A stretch of 64,000 bases of DNA from Camelus ferus (taxonomy: Eukaryota), in the NCBI RefSeq assembly GCF_009834535.1, contig NC_045697.1:92568001-92632000 (forward strand). The letters are read 5' to 3'. Position numbers and translations under genes: made by a program. Below the pieces are notes generated by a model that was given only the letters and a program-made list of their open reading frames with translations, ran no database searches and was not told the origin of the DNA. The number at the start of each line of letters is the position of its first letter. Positions within the stretch are counted from its first letter, which is position 1. Below are positions 63,791 through 64,000 of this stretch, in pieces.

Positions 63791-64000
63791 AGTCTTGAAA
63801 GATGTTGGGAACATGTCTCAGAGGAAGCATGTGAGCAAGGATCCACAGGTGTATAGGCAAAACTAGGCAAAAATCACAAAGTGTATCTTTTTTTTGTAGT
63901 CACATCTGACTAAAGAATAGGTATTAGAATTGAAACATTGTGTAATAAAATAATAAAAGTAGATTGGGCAAGTGATCTGTATTCCTGAATGCCAGAATAA

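Noticed and set aside
1..64000. CRISPR arrays, prokaryotic operons, rRNA or intact host genes
   Set aside because: No regularly spaced repeat-spacer array, no long non-repeat ORFs and no rRNA-like sequence; the short ORFs are explained by repeats, microsatellites or chance

Overview
AT-rich, repeat-dense mammalian non-coding DNA (intergenic or deep intronic), with one 100-N assembly gap. It is probably from a camelid, inferred from two short tRNA-Ala-derived SINEs of vic-1 type and a cetartiodactyl-style young L1 3' UTR. I found no intact host protein-coding gene. Recognisable content: a 5'-truncated RPL24 processed pseudogene (1612-2015, minus); several young L1 3' ends with target-site duplications (TSDs), one with a clean twin-priming 5' inversion (21428-22090); and many old L1/L2/MIR/MaLR/ERV-LTR/DNA-transposon relics. 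The most informative element is a ~4.3-kb decayed provirus on the minus strand (51322-55581). It has two LTRs, a tRNA-Arg(ACG) primer-binding site, a polypurine tract, ERV-L/class III-type RNase H and integrase remnants, and a gamma-type env remnant (furin site, immunosuppressive domain, CX6CC, transmembrane anchor); RT appears deleted. Repeat family names come from recalled consensus sequences, not a search, and boundaries of old repeats are approximate.
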